Origin: Abditibacterium sp.
GTDB taxonomy: Bacteria; Armatimonadota; Abditibacteriia; Abditibacteriales; Abditibacteriaceae
Assembly: GCA_965199495.1 (NCBI GenBank)
Contig: CBDASK010000003.1
Span: forward strand, 4,160,001-4,224,000
DNA: 64,000 nt
Direction of reading: 5' to 3'
Each line of letters opens with the position of its first letter. Positions within the stretch are counted from its first letter, which is position 1. The notes beneath the pieces were generated by a model that was not told where the DNA came from, did not search any database, and was given only the letters and a program-made list of their open reading frames with translations. The position numbers and the translations under genes were made by a program. This document shows positions 10,589 through 20,571 of this stretch, one piece after another.

Positions 10589-10648
10589 TAATCGGATTAC
10601 TTGTAATCGGATTACTTGTAATCGGATTACTTGTAATCGGATTACTTG
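10589..10648. repeat. 15-bp tandem repeat x4 (TAATCGGATTACTTG)
   Basis: Four exact copies with no spacers; last copy overlaps the stop codon of the GGDEF/EAL gene. Confidence 0.95.
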
Positions 10649-13600
10649 CCGATTAAATTTTCGGCGGCCAACAATTTTTGCAAATCATCGGGCGAGAGGG
10701 GCCGCGCGTAAAAATAGCCCTGCGCCTGATCGCAACCAAACTGTTGCAAACATTCGACTTCACCGATGACTTCGGTTCCCTCGGCGATAACTTTGAGTCC
10801 TAAAGTGTGCGCCAGTTGAATAATCGCGCGCACGATAACGCTGTGACCTTCGGTTTTGTCGAGGCCGGAAACGAATTCGCGGTCAATTTTCAAAAAGTCG
10901 AACGGAAAAGTGCGCAGATAAGCCAGCGACGAATAGCCCGTTCCAAAGTCGTCAATCGCCAGTTGCACGCCCAGTTTCGAGAGGGCCGTCAACACTTCGA
11001 GCGATTCGGCGGTGCGCTCCATTAACACGGTTTCGGTGATTTCCAGTGTGAGCAGATGCGGCGGTAAACCGCTTTCTTCCAATGCTGCCGCCACATCGCG
11101 CACCAGGGCGAGATGCGAATGTTTGTCGTCGTTGCCGCGCGCGTTGGCAGCCACGCCGCTGTGGAACTGGCGCGGCGACACGTTGACCGCGACCATCAAG
11201 GGCGTTTCGCGGCCCTGATTCCATTGGTGCGTCTGGCGGCACGCCTCGCGCAAAACCCAGCGGCCCAACGGCACGATCAGGCCGGTGGCTTCGGCGATGG
11301 GCACGAACTCGGTCGGCGAAATCGCGCCGCGTTGCGGATGTTCCCAGCGCACCAGAGCTTCGACGCCGCAAATCGCGCCGGTCTCCAGTTCGACTTTGGG
11401 TTGGTAAGCCAAACCCATTTCGTGGTTGGAAAGCGCGCGCCGCAGTTCGCCCTCGATTTCCAAGCGCGCCAGCGCGCTCGCGCTCAGGTTATCGCGAAAC
11501 ACTTCATAGCGGCCTTTGCCCAGACGTTTGGCCTCATACATCGCGGCGTCGGCGTTGCGCAATAAGGTATCGGCGTCAATGCTCGGCTCGGAAAACGCCA
11601 TGCCAATCGAAGGCGAAGTGTAAACCTCGCGCCCGTCCAAAACGAAGGCTTCCGACAACAAGGTCACGATGCGCTCCGCGACCACAAACGCGTAATTGGG
11701 ATCGTCCAGTTGCTCCAGCAAAACCACGAATTCGTCGCCGCCAAAGCGCGCGGGCGTGTCTTCGGCGCGCAGCGTTTTTTGCAGACGCGACGCGACCTCG
11801 CACAGCAAAACGTCGCCTTTGTCGTGGCCCAGCGAATCGTTGACCCACTTGAAATTATCCAGATCGATGAACAAAATCGCGGTCAGCGTTTCGCCGTCCG
11901 CGCGGGCGAGCGCGCTTTTGAGGCGGCTATTAATCAGCGCGCGATTGGCCAACCCGGTTAGCGGATCGTGGAACGCTTGATGGTTGAGGCGCTCTTCCAT
12001 GCGGCGCTGCTCGGTGATGTCGGAAAACGAAGCCACGACGCCGCCAAAGTGGCCGCGATCTTCGGGCAGAGGCGTGGCGTTAACCGACAAATCCACGGTT
12101 TCGCCGTTGGGGCGGCGCACGGAGTAGTGCATCGCATAAACCGGCTGGCGCTCGCGTTCGACGCGGCGAAACACGGTTTCGCTCAGTTGCAACGGCGTGC
12201 CGTCCAGCAGCGCGTCGCCCCACTGCGGGTCGTCGTAGGTCAGGCTCCACAATTCTTCGATGGGGCGCCCGAAAACGCGCGCGGCGGCGGCGTTGGCAAA
12301 GATGATATTGCCGTTGGCGTCATAGAGCATGATGGCGTCGGCGGCGGTTTCGGCGATGCGCGTCAGGCGCGTTTCGGTGCGACGACGCGCGCGCTCGGCG
12401 ACTTTGCGCGCCGTGATGTCGAGGCACATTCCCAGCAATTTGACGGGCGCGCCGGACGCCGTTTCGTCCTGATTTTCGCCCTCATGTTCCGCATGATTCT
12501 CGCCCAAAACTTTGCCTCGGTGTTGCCAGTGAAGCTCGCAACCGTCGGTGCGTTGCACGCGCACTTCGAGCGAAAACGAGATGCCGTGACTCCACGCCAA
12601 CTCGTAGGAGTGACGCAGCAGTTCCCAATCTTCGCGATGAACGTAGGTTTCCCACTCTTCTAAATTGCGCGGAAACTCGCCTTCGGGCAAGCCCAGCAGA
12701 TGACTGATGTTGCCCTGCCATTCCAGCAAAACATCCGCGTCGCAACGGATTTCGTGCGCTGCGGGCGCCGTGGCTACAAAAAAGCAGTCGCCCGCCGCCA
12801 ATGCGGCCTGCGCCATTTCCTGATGCAATTCCTGCGAGCGTGCGCGCGCGCGGTCGGCGGTTTCGAGCGCCTGCAAAGTCGCGTTGATATCCGAGGCCAG
12901 ATGGCCCAATTCGTCCCCGCCATGCGCGCGCACGCGCTGGCCGCCTCCCATATGCAAACGCACCTGCTGCACATCTTTCGACAATTGCGAAAGCCGCCGC
13001 AGCACCAGACTTTCAACGGGCAGTAAAGCTAATGCGCTGGCCAAAACGCTCATGCCCAGCAATACCCAGCCAAAAATCGCCAGCGTGGCGTGGCCCTGAT
13101 TGACCGTATCGCGCGCCGTCACGACTTTCAACGCCCAACGCGGAACTCCGTAAAATCCGCGCACGACCTGAAACCCCGCGACCTGATCCCAACTTTGCGG
13201 GATAACCTCGACTGAGGTCGCCCCTTTATTGCTGACTTTGCTATTGCTGACTTTGCCCTCGTGTTCGAGCAGTTTTCTCGAAAGTTCGCCTGGCAGAGAA
13301 TTTAAACCGATCAACTCAATTTGGTTGCGGGAACTCTTCTTATAATACGAAAGGCGTTGCGGCGTAAGAAATCGTCCCACGATCATAGTGCCTTTGCGGG
13401 CGTTGTTTTGCTTGGAATCGTAAATCGGAAACGACACAATTTGCAGAGGTCTCTGCGACAAACTGATGATTCCGATATGGTTGGTTTTGATCGAGGGCAA
13501 AGCAAACAGCGAGTCGCCGGGCACAAAATGCGCTTTCAGTTCGGGCCACACCGGAGCCGGTTGATGAAGGTCACGATTCCAACTCTGAGAGTAGATTGGG

Positions 13601-13929
13601 CGCGTCTTGTTGTCGAATAAACCGAGGTAATCCACATCCAGTGGATCAATCGTTGAATCGTTGAGATTGGATTTGATAAAACTCGCGTCGCGCGTGTCCA
13701 TGAAGCGACAAAGTTCTTCCCAATTCGCCCAATCCACGAAAGATTGCGCCAGTTCATTGCCCTGCTGGTCGAGCGATGCGCGCGCGTCGGCCATCACATA
13801 AATCATCTGCCGCTTTTCGGCGCGCTCAAAACTACTCAGCAGGATGCCGCGCATGACCGCCCACAAAAGCAGCATCGCCACCAAAAGCATCACGCTCATT
13901 AAGAGCAGTGTTTTCCACCGTAAAGTCAT
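10642..13929 (-). CDS. membrane CHASE4-HAMP-PAS-GGDEF-EAL diguanylate cyclase/phosphodiesterase
   Basis: Two TM segments, DWANWEE CHASE4-like motif, DELGHLA HAMP, PAS/PAC regions, RFGGDEF, EALVRW, DDFGTGYSS. Confidence 0.93.
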   Translation of the reverse strand: MTLRWKTLLLMSVMLLVAMLLLWAVMRGILLSSFERAEKRQMIYVMADARASLDQQGNELAQSFVDWANWEELCRFMDTRDASFIKSNLNDSTIDPLDVDYLGLFDNKTRPIYSQSWNRDLHQPAPVWPELKAHFVPGDSLFALPSIKTNHIGIISLSQRPLQIVSFPIYDSKQNNARKGTMIVGRFLTPQRLSYYKKSSRNQIELIGLNSLPGELSRKLLEHEGKVSNSKVSNKGATSVEVIPQSWDQVAGFQVVRGFYGVPRWALKVVTARDTVNQGHATLAIFGWVLLGMSVLASALALLPVESLVLRRLSQLSKDVQQVRLHMGGGQRVRAHGGDELGHLASDINATLQALETADRARARSQELHQEMAQAALAAGDCFFVATAPAAHEIRCDADVLLEWQGNISHLLGLPEGEFPRNLEEWETYVHREDWELLRHSYELAWSHGISFSLEVRVQRTDGCELHWQHRGKVLGENHAEHEGENQDETASGAPVKLLGMCLDITARKVAERARRRTETRLTRIAETAADAIMLYDANGNIIFANAAAARVFGRPIEELWSLTYDDPQWGDALLDGTPLQLSETVFRRVERERQPVYAMHYSVRRPNGETVDLSVNATPLPEDRGHFGGVVASFSDITEQRRMEERLNHQAFHDPLTGLANRALINSRLKSALARADGETLTAILFIDLDNFKWVNDSLGHDKGDVLLCEVASRLQKTLRAEDTPARFGGDEFVVLLEQLDDPNYAFVVAERIVTLLSEAFVLDGREVYTSPSIGMAFSEPSIDADTLLRNADAAMYEAKRLGKGRYEVFRDNLSASALARLEIEGELRRALSNHEMGLAYQPKVELETGAICGVEALVRWEHPQRGAISPTEFVPIAEATGLIVPLGRWVLREACRQTHQWNQGRETPLMVAVNVSPRQFHSGVAANARGNDDKHSHLALVRDVAAALEESGLPPHLLTLEITETVLMERTAESLEVLTALSKLGVQLAIDDFGTGYSSLAYLRTFPFDFLKIDREFVSGLDKTEGHSVIVRAIIQLAHTLGLKVIAEGTEVIGEVECLQQFGCDQAQGYFYARPLSPDDLQKLLAAENLIGK

Positions 13930-14050
13930 CAGAGAAAGAGTAACAATGAGTTCTGTTACCCAAAATGCACTGAAATGGCCTTGGCCGGCTGTGCTTGTGG
14001 AAATTTTCTGCGCGGGGAAGAGATAAATCCGCGAATCGGTGATGAAGACG

Positions 14051-14106
14051 CGAAGATTTTCCTTTCTAACATTTTCCTCGGTGAAAATTAGAAAGGAAAA
14101 TCTTCG
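14051..14106. repeat. inverted repeat downstream of carB
   Basis: CGAAGATTTTCCTTTCTAA (14051-14069) / TTAGAAAGGAAAATCTTCG (14088-14106). Confidence 0.75.
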
Positions 14107-14142
14107 TCCACTTTCATCAATCGCAAATTCAACTTCAAATTA

Positions 14143-15789
14143 TCACTCGCTCTCGCGTTCGTAGCACGAATAATAATACGGCGTGGCTGCCTCAAACTCA
14201 CCGGCGCAGGTGTCCACCATTTTATACGCTGGAACGATGCCGAACTCTTTGCGCCGCGCGCGAATTGTCATTTCGTCAATGCCGGTCAACTCGGAAATAT
14301 GCGCGTCGTGGAAGCCCAAATGTTTGGCTTTGTCCATCAATTCGGGCGTCAGTTCGTCCAACTTCAGGCCGCGCAGCAATTTCTCCATATCGGATAATTT
14401 CGCCAGTTTGCGCAAGAACCAGCGATCAATGCGCGTGATTTGAAAAATCTCTTCGACCAACAAGCCCCGGCGAAACGCCTCGAAAATCATGAAGATGCGC
14501 TCGTCGGTCGGCACGCGCAATTTTTCTTCCAATTCCATTTCGGACAAAGACGACGTGCCCTTCTCGCGCAAACCCGTTACGCCAATTTCGAGCGAGCGCA
14601 ACGCCTTCATAAACGCGCCTTCAAAACTGCGGTCAATCGCCATGACTTCGCCGGTCGCTTTCATCTGTGTCGTCACGCGCCGGTCGGAGCCTCCGAATTT
14701 ATCGAATGGCCAACGCGGAATTTTGCAGACGATGTAATCCAAAGCTGGCTCGAAGCAAGCCAACGTTTTCTGCGTGACGGCGTTTTGAATTTCATCAAGA
14801 TGAAAGCCGATGGCGATTTTCGCCGAAACGCGCGCAATCGGATAACCCGTCGCTTTCGAGGCGAGGGCGCTCGAACGCGAGACGCGCGGATTGACTTCGA
14901 TGACGTAATACTGGCTCGAATTCGGATCAATCGTCAATTGCACGTTGCAGCCGCCTTCGATGCCCAGTTCGCGGATAATATCGAGACTGGCGCTGCGCAA
15001 CATTTGATATTCTTTGTCGGACAACGTCTGCGAGGGAGCCACGACGATGGAGTCGCCCGTATGAACGCCCATCGGATCGAAGTTTTCCATGTTGCAAATC
15101 GTGATGGCGGTGTCGTTGCCATCGCGCATCACTTCGTATTCGACCTCTTTCCAGCCGACCAGATAACGCTCCAGCAAAATCTGGTGAATTAGCGAACGTT
15201 CGAGGCCGGACTTAACGAATTGTTCGAGTTGTTCATCGTTCCACGCGATGCCGCCGCCAGTTCCGCCCAGCGTGTAGGCCGGGCGAATAATGAGCGGATA
15301 GCCCATTTTATCGCGGAACTCGCGCGCCTGGTCGGCGGTGTCGCACACGACCGATTCGGGAATCGGCTGGCCGATGCGCTTCATCGTCTCTTTGAACAAA
15401 TCGCGGTCTTCGGCTTTTTTGATCGAATCGAGCGGCGTGCCGAGCAATTTGACGTTGTATTTTTCCAAAATGCCAGCTTCGGCGAGTTGGTAAGCCAAAT
15501 TCAAACCGGTCTGTCCGCCCAGCGAAGGCAGCAAACCGTCGGGCCGTTCGAGCGCGATGACCTGTTCGAGAAACGGTAGCGTCAAAGGTTCAATATAAAC
15601 CGCGTCGGCGGTTTCGGGGTCGGTCATGATCGTCGCCGGATTGGAGTTGACCAGAACGACGCTAACGCCTTCTTCGCGCAATGAGGCGCAGGCTTGGGTT
15701 CCGGCGTAATCGAACTCGGCGGCCTGTCCGATGACGATGGGGCCGGAGCCGATGACCATGACTTTTTTGATGTTGGGATTTTTGGGCAT
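14143..15789 (-). CDS. carB: carbamoyl-phosphate synthase large subunit, N-terminal half only
   Basis: [45 protein letters not shown]; ends at [18 protein letters not shown] after 548 aa. Confidence 0.93.
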   Translation of the reverse strand: MPKNPNIKKVMVIGSGPIVIGQAAEFDYAGTQACASLREEGVSVVLVNSNPATIMTDPETADAVYIEPLTLPFLEQVIALERPDGLLPSLGGQTGLNLAYQLAEAGILEKYNVKLLGTPLDSIKKAEDRDLFKETMKRIGQPIPESVVCDTADQAREFRDKMGYPLIIRPAYTLGGTGGGIAWNDEQLEQFVKSGLERSLIHQILLERYLVGWKEVEYEVMRDGNDTAITICNMENFDPMGVHTGDSIVVAPSQTLSDKEYQMLRSASLDIIRELGIEGGCNVQLTIDPNSSQYYVIEVNPRVSRSSALASKATGYPIARVSAKIAIGFHLDEIQNAVTQKTLACFEPALDYIVCKIPRWPFDKFGGSDRRVTTQMKATGEVMAIDRSFEGAFMKALRSLEIGVTGLREKGTSSLSEMELEEKLRVPTDERIFMIFEAFRRGLLVEEIFQITRIDRWFLRKLAKLSDMEKLLRGLKLDELTPELMDKAKHLGFHDAHISELTGIDEMTIRARRKEFGIVPAYKMVDTCAGEFEAATPYYYSCYERESE

Positions 15790-16293
15790 TTATTCTGAAA
15801 GTGAGGCGCGTCCCGTTTCGATGGGGACGTAAAGATGAAAAGCATCGTCCAAGAGTTCTGTGAACTCGAAGCGGTCGTAGAAGCGGCGCGAATTTTCGTT
15901 GAGCGCCCACAATTCTACCACAGCGATGCCGATAAGGTCAGAGGCTTGTGTCGCGATCTCGAAAACCGATGACATCAAGGCGTGCCCCAGACGCTGGCCC
16001 TGAAACTCTTGCGCGACCGCCAAACGTCCCAGATGAACCGAGGGCACTAAGCGCGGCCAACCTTTACGGACATCTGTGGGAAAATCCGCAAGGGCAACTG
16101 TGCCCGCGCTTAAAGTGAAGTATCCGCAGATGCGCGTCTCCTCTGGTTGCACCGCGACGTAAGTGCGCGACGATCCGTTGCGCGCGTTTTGACGCGCGAA
16201 GCGTTGCAAGTAAGCATTGAGTTCTGGCTCGCCGCAATCGAAATCCTTGCGATTATGCCGCGTGTCAAGCGGTTCGATGAAGAAACCGCTCAT
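15790..16293 (-). CDS. GNAT acetyltransferase toxin (TacT/AtaT-like)
   Basis: FDCGEPELNAYL, LGRLAV..FQGQRLGHALM, FYDRFEF; overlaps the upstream antitoxin gene. Confidence 0.9.
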   Translation of the reverse strand: MSGFFIEPLDTRHNRKDFDCGEPELNAYLQRFARQNARNGSSRTYVAVQPEETRICGYFTLSAGTVALADFPTDVRKGWPRLVPSVHLGRLAVAQEFQGQRLGHALMSSVFEIATQASDLIGIAVVELWALNENSRRFYDRFEFTELLDDAFHLYVPIETGRASLSE

Positions 16294-16511
16294 CGGCGGA
16301 TTCCCAGAATTAAGCGTTTGGCGTCGCGCCGTGCGCGCTTCAATTCTTCGCTCGGCGGAGGCGGGTTTTGCAAAACGTCGAGCAGAATCTTTGAATCGCG
16401 CGCCGACAGTTTGGTGACGTGAAAGCCGTCTTCGCCGGGTGCTGAGGCTTCGAGATTATCGGTCATTTCGTCAGTCGGGTTTTCGATGTCGAATTTTTTG
16501 GTGGTCGCCAT
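16290..16511 (-). CDS. DUF1778/TacA-like antitoxin (short, no evident RHH)
   Basis: C-terminal KLSARDSKILLDVLQNPPPPSEELKRA motif; 4-nt overlap with the GNAT toxin. Confidence 0.8.
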   Translation of the reverse strand: MATTKKFDIENPTDEMTDNLEASAPGEDGFHVTKLSARDSKILLDVLQNPPPPSEELKRARRDAKRLILGIRR

Positions 16512-16549
16512 GGTTGTCTTCTTCGATGAAAATACAAGTCAGAGACGAT

Positions 16550-17059
16550 CTAAGAAATTGCCTCTCTTTTGCGCATCATCCTTCTTACGCAGCTTTTCTC
16601 GTCTCTCTTTTCACGTTGCTCTTCCTCGTATTTTTGCATTCGCAATGGTTCGCGTTCTTTGTGAATTCTATCCCATAGAACGCTCAGGCCCTCGTGACCT
16701 ACTGGCTTGCTCCAACTGCTACTTCCTTTCATATCAATGGTTCTTGTCTCGTCTAAAAGTAAGCTGTATTCAGAAGCACCGTAAGAATTTCTACTGATGT
16801 AGCATATCTTTACCACGACACCGCCTTGAGTTGTTGTTTCGTAAAATTTGTATTCGAGGCGCCGTTCCTGACGCCCCAAATCTGAGTCGTAGTTTTCACT
16901 GTAGAAATCGTAAGGTTCACCGTTGTTTTTGCCTTTCCAATCTGCGTTAGGAATAGCACATATCTTATGGAGGACTGTATCCAGAAATGCTCTTTTTTCT
17001 GGGGCTTGGGCGTAATCTGGCAGTGGGTTTGTCCAACTGTTTGTTTTGAAGGGCCACAT
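16550..17059 (-). CDS. hypothetical protein (low GC)
   Basis: 169-aa ORF with AT-rich codons, co-oriented with its neighbours. Confidence 0.6.
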   Translation of the reverse strand: MWPFKTNSWTNPLPDYAQAPEKRAFLDTVLHKICAIPNADWKGKNNGEPYDFYSENYDSDLGRQERRLEYKFYETTTQGGVVVKICYISRNSYGASEYSLLLDETRTIDMKGSSSWSKPVGHEGLSVLWDRIHKEREPLRMQKYEEEQREKRDEKSCVRRMMRKREAIS

Positions 17060-17071
17060 ATCGTTTCTGAG

Positions 17072-17203
17072 CTAAAGTTTACTGCCTTCGCGGAGCGAGG
17101 CGCAGGCTTGGGTTCCGGCGTAATCGAACTCGGCGGCCTGGCCGATGACGATGGGGCCAGAGCCGATAACCATAACTTTTTTGATGTCGGGATTTTTGGG
17201 CAT
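17072..17203 (-). pseudogene. carB: duplicated 5' fragment of carB (43 codons)
   Basis: Translates [43 protein letters not shown]; first 39 codons match carB at 15789 apart from N6D and synonymous changes. Confidence 0.92.
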
Positions 17204-17302
17204 TCTAAACCATTAAAGGTTACACATAATCAGGCCAATGAGGAACAGAAGCGAATTTTATCAAGCCAAGATGCCCTCGGCTCTGATGTTCTTTAATTCA
17301 AA

Positions 17303-17665
17303 TTACCGATTGAAAACAAACAAATACAAAACAAAGCCGATGAGAAGAGTGTTTGTGACGTTGATTAACAGTGGGCTACGCTTGAAGCCGCGATACCAAT
17401 CGAAGCGATTGAGACCTCTGTTGAGAAAATAAAGCGCGCCATAAACGATAATCGCGATGAGAGTGCTGGTTACGCTTACCCAAAAGTCTGAAAAAAAGTG
17501 TCCACTTTCTCGGATCAAACGCGAAGTCCAACTGACAACAGCGCCAATTGTAACTACAACCCAGATGGTAACGGCAAACGGCGGCTCGCGCGAAGGAGGA
17601 ATTGTGTTGCCGAGCCGATCTTTCTGAATTTTCGACTCTTGCGGGCGCAGCGATAAGAATTTCAT
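17303..17665 (-). CDS. hypothetical membrane protein (low GC)
   Basis: 120 aa with three hydrophobic segments. Confidence 0.6.
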   Translation of the reverse strand: MKFLSLRPQESKIQKDRLGNTIPPSREPPFAVTIWVVVTIGAVVSWTSRLIRESGHFFSDFWVSVTSTLIAIIVYGALYFLNRGLNRFDWYRGFKRSPLLINVTNTLLIGFVLYLFVFNR

Positions 17666-17747
17666 CGGCAGTAAATAGATGCCACATTTAACAGAGATTT
17701 GTCGTGCGATTTATTGAGTTGCTCAATGAAAAACGGAGTGTCCGCCA

Positions 17748-17951
17748 TCAACGGCGCGCCGCCATTTTTCGGTAGCGCGCGACGGCTTGTTTCAACGCCT
17801 CGTTGGGCGCGGGCGGATTCTCCAGCATTTCGATCAGCGCAATCGAATCGCGCTCCGAAAGCGGACGCGGAAACTCGTTATCGTCGCGCGGTTGCTCGAT
17901 TTGGTTACCCGTTTCGGGTTTGTCAATGATGGCCATGATTTTCCTCACCAT
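17748..17951 (-). CDS. orphan DUF1778-like antitoxin
   Basis: LSERDSIALIEMLENPPAPNEALKQA motif; no GNAT gene directly downstream. Confidence 0.75.
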   Translation of the reverse strand: MVRKIMAIIDKPETGNQIEQPRDDNEFPRPLSERDSIALIEMLENPPAPNEALKQAVARYRKMAARR

Positions 17952-17972
17952 TTAGTTTTGCACAAACCCACG

Positions 17973-19223
17973 CTAATTCGCCGGATGGAGCGCAATCCAC
18001 GCTTCAATACGCGCGAAAGCGGCGGCGTTATTGGGATCGCCCGCTTGATAGGGGAAATTTTTGTTGAGGCCCGTCAACTTGGACAGCGCTTCGCCAGCCC
18101 ACCAACTATTGACGCTTGGATCGTCTTGATGATCGCGCAAAAGCCTTAACAAAACCGGCGCGGCGCTCGCGTCGTTGCGCTCGGCGAAACCCGTCGCCGC
18201 CACCAAGCGCACACCAGCCACGCCGTCTTCGAGCTTGCTTTTGAGACGCGGTTCCAACGCCTCGAACTCGGCGCCTTTTAGCCAAAACGCACGAAATACG
18301 GCCTCGCGGCGCACTTTGGCATCGGCGTCGTCAATCAAAGCTGGCAGCGCCGCGCGCACGGCGGGTGAGGCAATCGGCAACGCGTAAATCGCGCGATAAC
18401 GGAGTTCGGCGTCATCGGATTTCAAGAACGGAATGAGCCTTTGCAACGCCGCGTCGTCGGGCATTCGGCTTGCCAGAAAATAAATCGCTTCGTAGTGCAA
18501 CAAAGGTTGCGCCGCGTCATCGTTGATTAAAAGCGCGATTGTATCCGCCCGCCCCATTTTCATCAGTGCAGATTCGGCCTGCGCTTTGAGCGGCTGTTCG
18601 TCAAGCGGAATCGTATAAATCGTGCCAAATTTATCGGCGGTTGGCGCGGGCGCGGGCGGCGCGCTCCGAAAAATGCGGACGATTTCGGGATAAAACGACG
18701 CGTAATCAAACGGGCCGTCCTGCTTTTGAGGAAATTCTGCGTCATAGAGAATTCCAAAACCACTCTTCAGAGCTTCCAAATTACTCACGCCGCGCAGTTG
18801 ACGCGTTTGGTCGTCAGAACGCAAATCATCGTGAAGCAAATTCATCGTCTGCGCGGGATATTTCTTCAGCGTCTTGCACGCCAGTTGTCCGCTTTCGGTA
18901 GAGAAATATTGAGCATTGCCCTGTTTCTCGGCCAAATCCGCTTGCGCTTCCGGCGTCAATTTCTCGTGATCGGGCGTGCGCCAGGGCAAACTCGTATAGA
19001 GAATTTCGCCCGTCAATTGCAGCGTTCGCGGAATTTGCGCCAGCAATTCGTAAAGTTGCGGGACGGCTTGCGCTTGTTCTGGGGCGGGCATTTGCGCGAT
19101 TTGCGTGACCGCGATGAACTGCGCGCGGTCGGTCGCGTGGTTAGAAGAAGCATCGGCCCGCGCGCCGTGGCTGATGGTGAGGACACCGAGTAAAAGCGCG
19201 CTGAGGCGCAGCAATCGAAACAT
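17973..19223 (-). CDS. secreted HEAT-repeat protein
   Basis: Signal peptide (..GARA/D); C-terminal L.SDDAELRYRA / D.DAKVRREA / D.VAGVRLVA repeats. Confidence 0.75.
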   Translation of the reverse strand: MFRLLRLSALLLGVLTISHGARADASSNHATDRAQFIAVTQIAQMPAPEQAQAVPQLYELLAQIPRTLQLTGEILYTSLPWRTPDHEKLTPEAQADLAEKQGNAQYFSTESGQLACKTLKKYPAQTMNLLHDDLRSDDQTRQLRGVSNLEALKSGFGILYDAEFPQKQDGPFDYASFYPEIVRIFRSAPPAPAPTADKFGTIYTIPLDEQPLKAQAESALMKMGRADTIALLINDDAAQPLLHYEAIYFLASRMPDDAALQRLIPFLKSDDAELRYRAIYALPIASPAVRAALPALIDDADAKVRREAVFRAFWLKGAEFEALEPRLKSKLEDGVAGVRLVAATGFAERNDASAAPVLLRLLRDHQDDPSVNSWWAGEALSKLTGLNKNFPYQAGDPNNAAAFARIEAWIALHPAN

Positions 19224-19293
19224 CGCGCGTTTTGACACGCCCGGTGATGCGCCAGTTCCGATGAACGAATCAATTGTTCCTAACCAAGAAAAC

Positions 19294-19324
19294 AAAAACG
19301 CCCGCGTTTTTGGCGCGGGCGTTT
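19294..19324 (-). terminator. intrinsic terminator after carA
   Basis: AAACGCCCGCG / CGCGGGCGTTT hairpin followed by a T-run on the minus strand. Confidence 0.65.
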
Positions 19325-19363
19325 CTAACTTTATTTAATTCTACAAGGCGAAAGAAATCATTT

Positions 19364-20479
19364 CTATTCGCCCTTCACCAGCGCCGCGAATTTATCGAAC
19401 AAATACGCGTTGTCCTTCGGCCCCGGCGAGGCTTCCGGGTGATACTGCACCGAAAACACCGGGCGCGTCGTGTGGCGCAAACCCGAAACCGTTTGGTCGT
19501 TCAAGTTGATATGCGTCACTTCGACTTCACTTGGCAAACTCTCGGCTTCGAGCGCGTAACCGTGATTTTGGCTGGTGATGTGAACGCGGCCCGTCGTCAA
19601 ATCTTTGACCGGATGATTGGCGCCGCGATGGCCGAACTTCAATTTATAAGTCTCGCCGCCAAACGCTTGGCCTAACAATTGATGGCCCAGACAGATGCCG
19701 AATATCGGGCGATTCTGGTTTTCGTCCATTAATTGCTGGATGACTTCGATTTCGGCTTGCAGCGAACGCGGGTCGCCCGGCCCGTTGGCGAGCATGATGC
19801 CGTCGGGCGCGTGTGCCAGAATCTCGTCTTTGGTCGCGTTGCACGGCAAAACCACGATTTCCAAATCGCGTTCGACAAGTTCGCGCAGAATGTTGAATTT
19901 GGCGCCATAATCCAAAACCACGACGCGCTTTTTCGCGCCGCGCGGCGGAATAACATCGGTCGGTTTGTCGTCGGCTTTGTCCCAGAAATAGGCGGTTTTG
20001 GTCGAGACATCGCGTGCGTAGGTTCCGGCGTCGTAGGGCGGCAAATTTTTCAGGATTTCCAAACCGGCTTCCGGCGAATGTTCCGTCGTAATCATGCCGA
20101 GCAATACGCCGCCGTCGCGGATGTGTTTGGTCAAATGGCGCACGTCAATGCCCTGAATCGAGACAATGTTGTTCTCGCTCAGATAGTCGTCGCCCGATTC
20201 TTGCGAGGCGTAGTTCGACGGAATTTCGCACATCTCGCGCACGATGAAGCCAGCCACGCGCGGCACGATGGATTCGCGGTCACGCGATGTCACGCCGTAG
20301 TTGCCGATAATCGGATAAGTCAGGGCGACCAATTGCCCGGCGTAAGACGGGTCGGTCAGAATTTCTTGATAACCGGTCATCGAAGTGTTGAACACAACTT
20401 CGCCCGTCGCGGTGCCGGTGGCTCCTACGCTTACGCCTTCGTAAAAGGTGCCGTCAATGAGAATTAATCGTGCTTGCAT
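19364..20479 (-). CDS. carA: carbamoyl-phosphate synthase small subunit
   Basis: GEVVFNTSMTGYQE, NGPGDP, FGICLGHQ, VQYHPEASPGP. Confidence 0.97.
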   Translation of the reverse strand: MQARLILIDGTFYEGVSVGATGTATGEVVFNTSMTGYQEILTDPSYAGQLVALTYPIIGNYGVTSRDRESIVPRVAGFIVREMCEIPSNYASQESGDDYLSENNIVSIQGIDVRHLTKHIRDGGVLLGMITTEHSPEAGLEILKNLPPYDAGTYARDVSTKTAYFWDKADDKPTDVIPPRGAKKRVVVLDYGAKFNILRELVERDLEIVVLPCNATKDEILAHAPDGIMLANGPGDPRSLQAEIEVIQQLMDENQNRPIFGICLGHQLLGQAFGGETYKLKFGHRGANHPVKDLTTGRVHITSQNHGYALEAESLPSEVEVTHINLNDQTVSGLRHTTRPVFSVQYHPEASPGPKDNAYLFDKFAALVKGE

Positions 20480-20571
20480 TTTGCTTGGGTAATAGAACGG
20501 AGGCCGTTCTGTTGAGTGTGTTTCAGTCTGTCAGACAAGTGTCGGTCGTGTGTATATGATTTGCTATGGCT

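Noticed and set aside
10589..10648. Possible CRISPR array
   Set aside because: The 15-bp units are directly adjacent with no spacers, and there are no cas genes.
13227..13256. 15-bp tandem duplication inside the GGDEF/EAL gene
   Set aside because: An in-frame two-copy duplication in a probable loop; likely neutral slippage.
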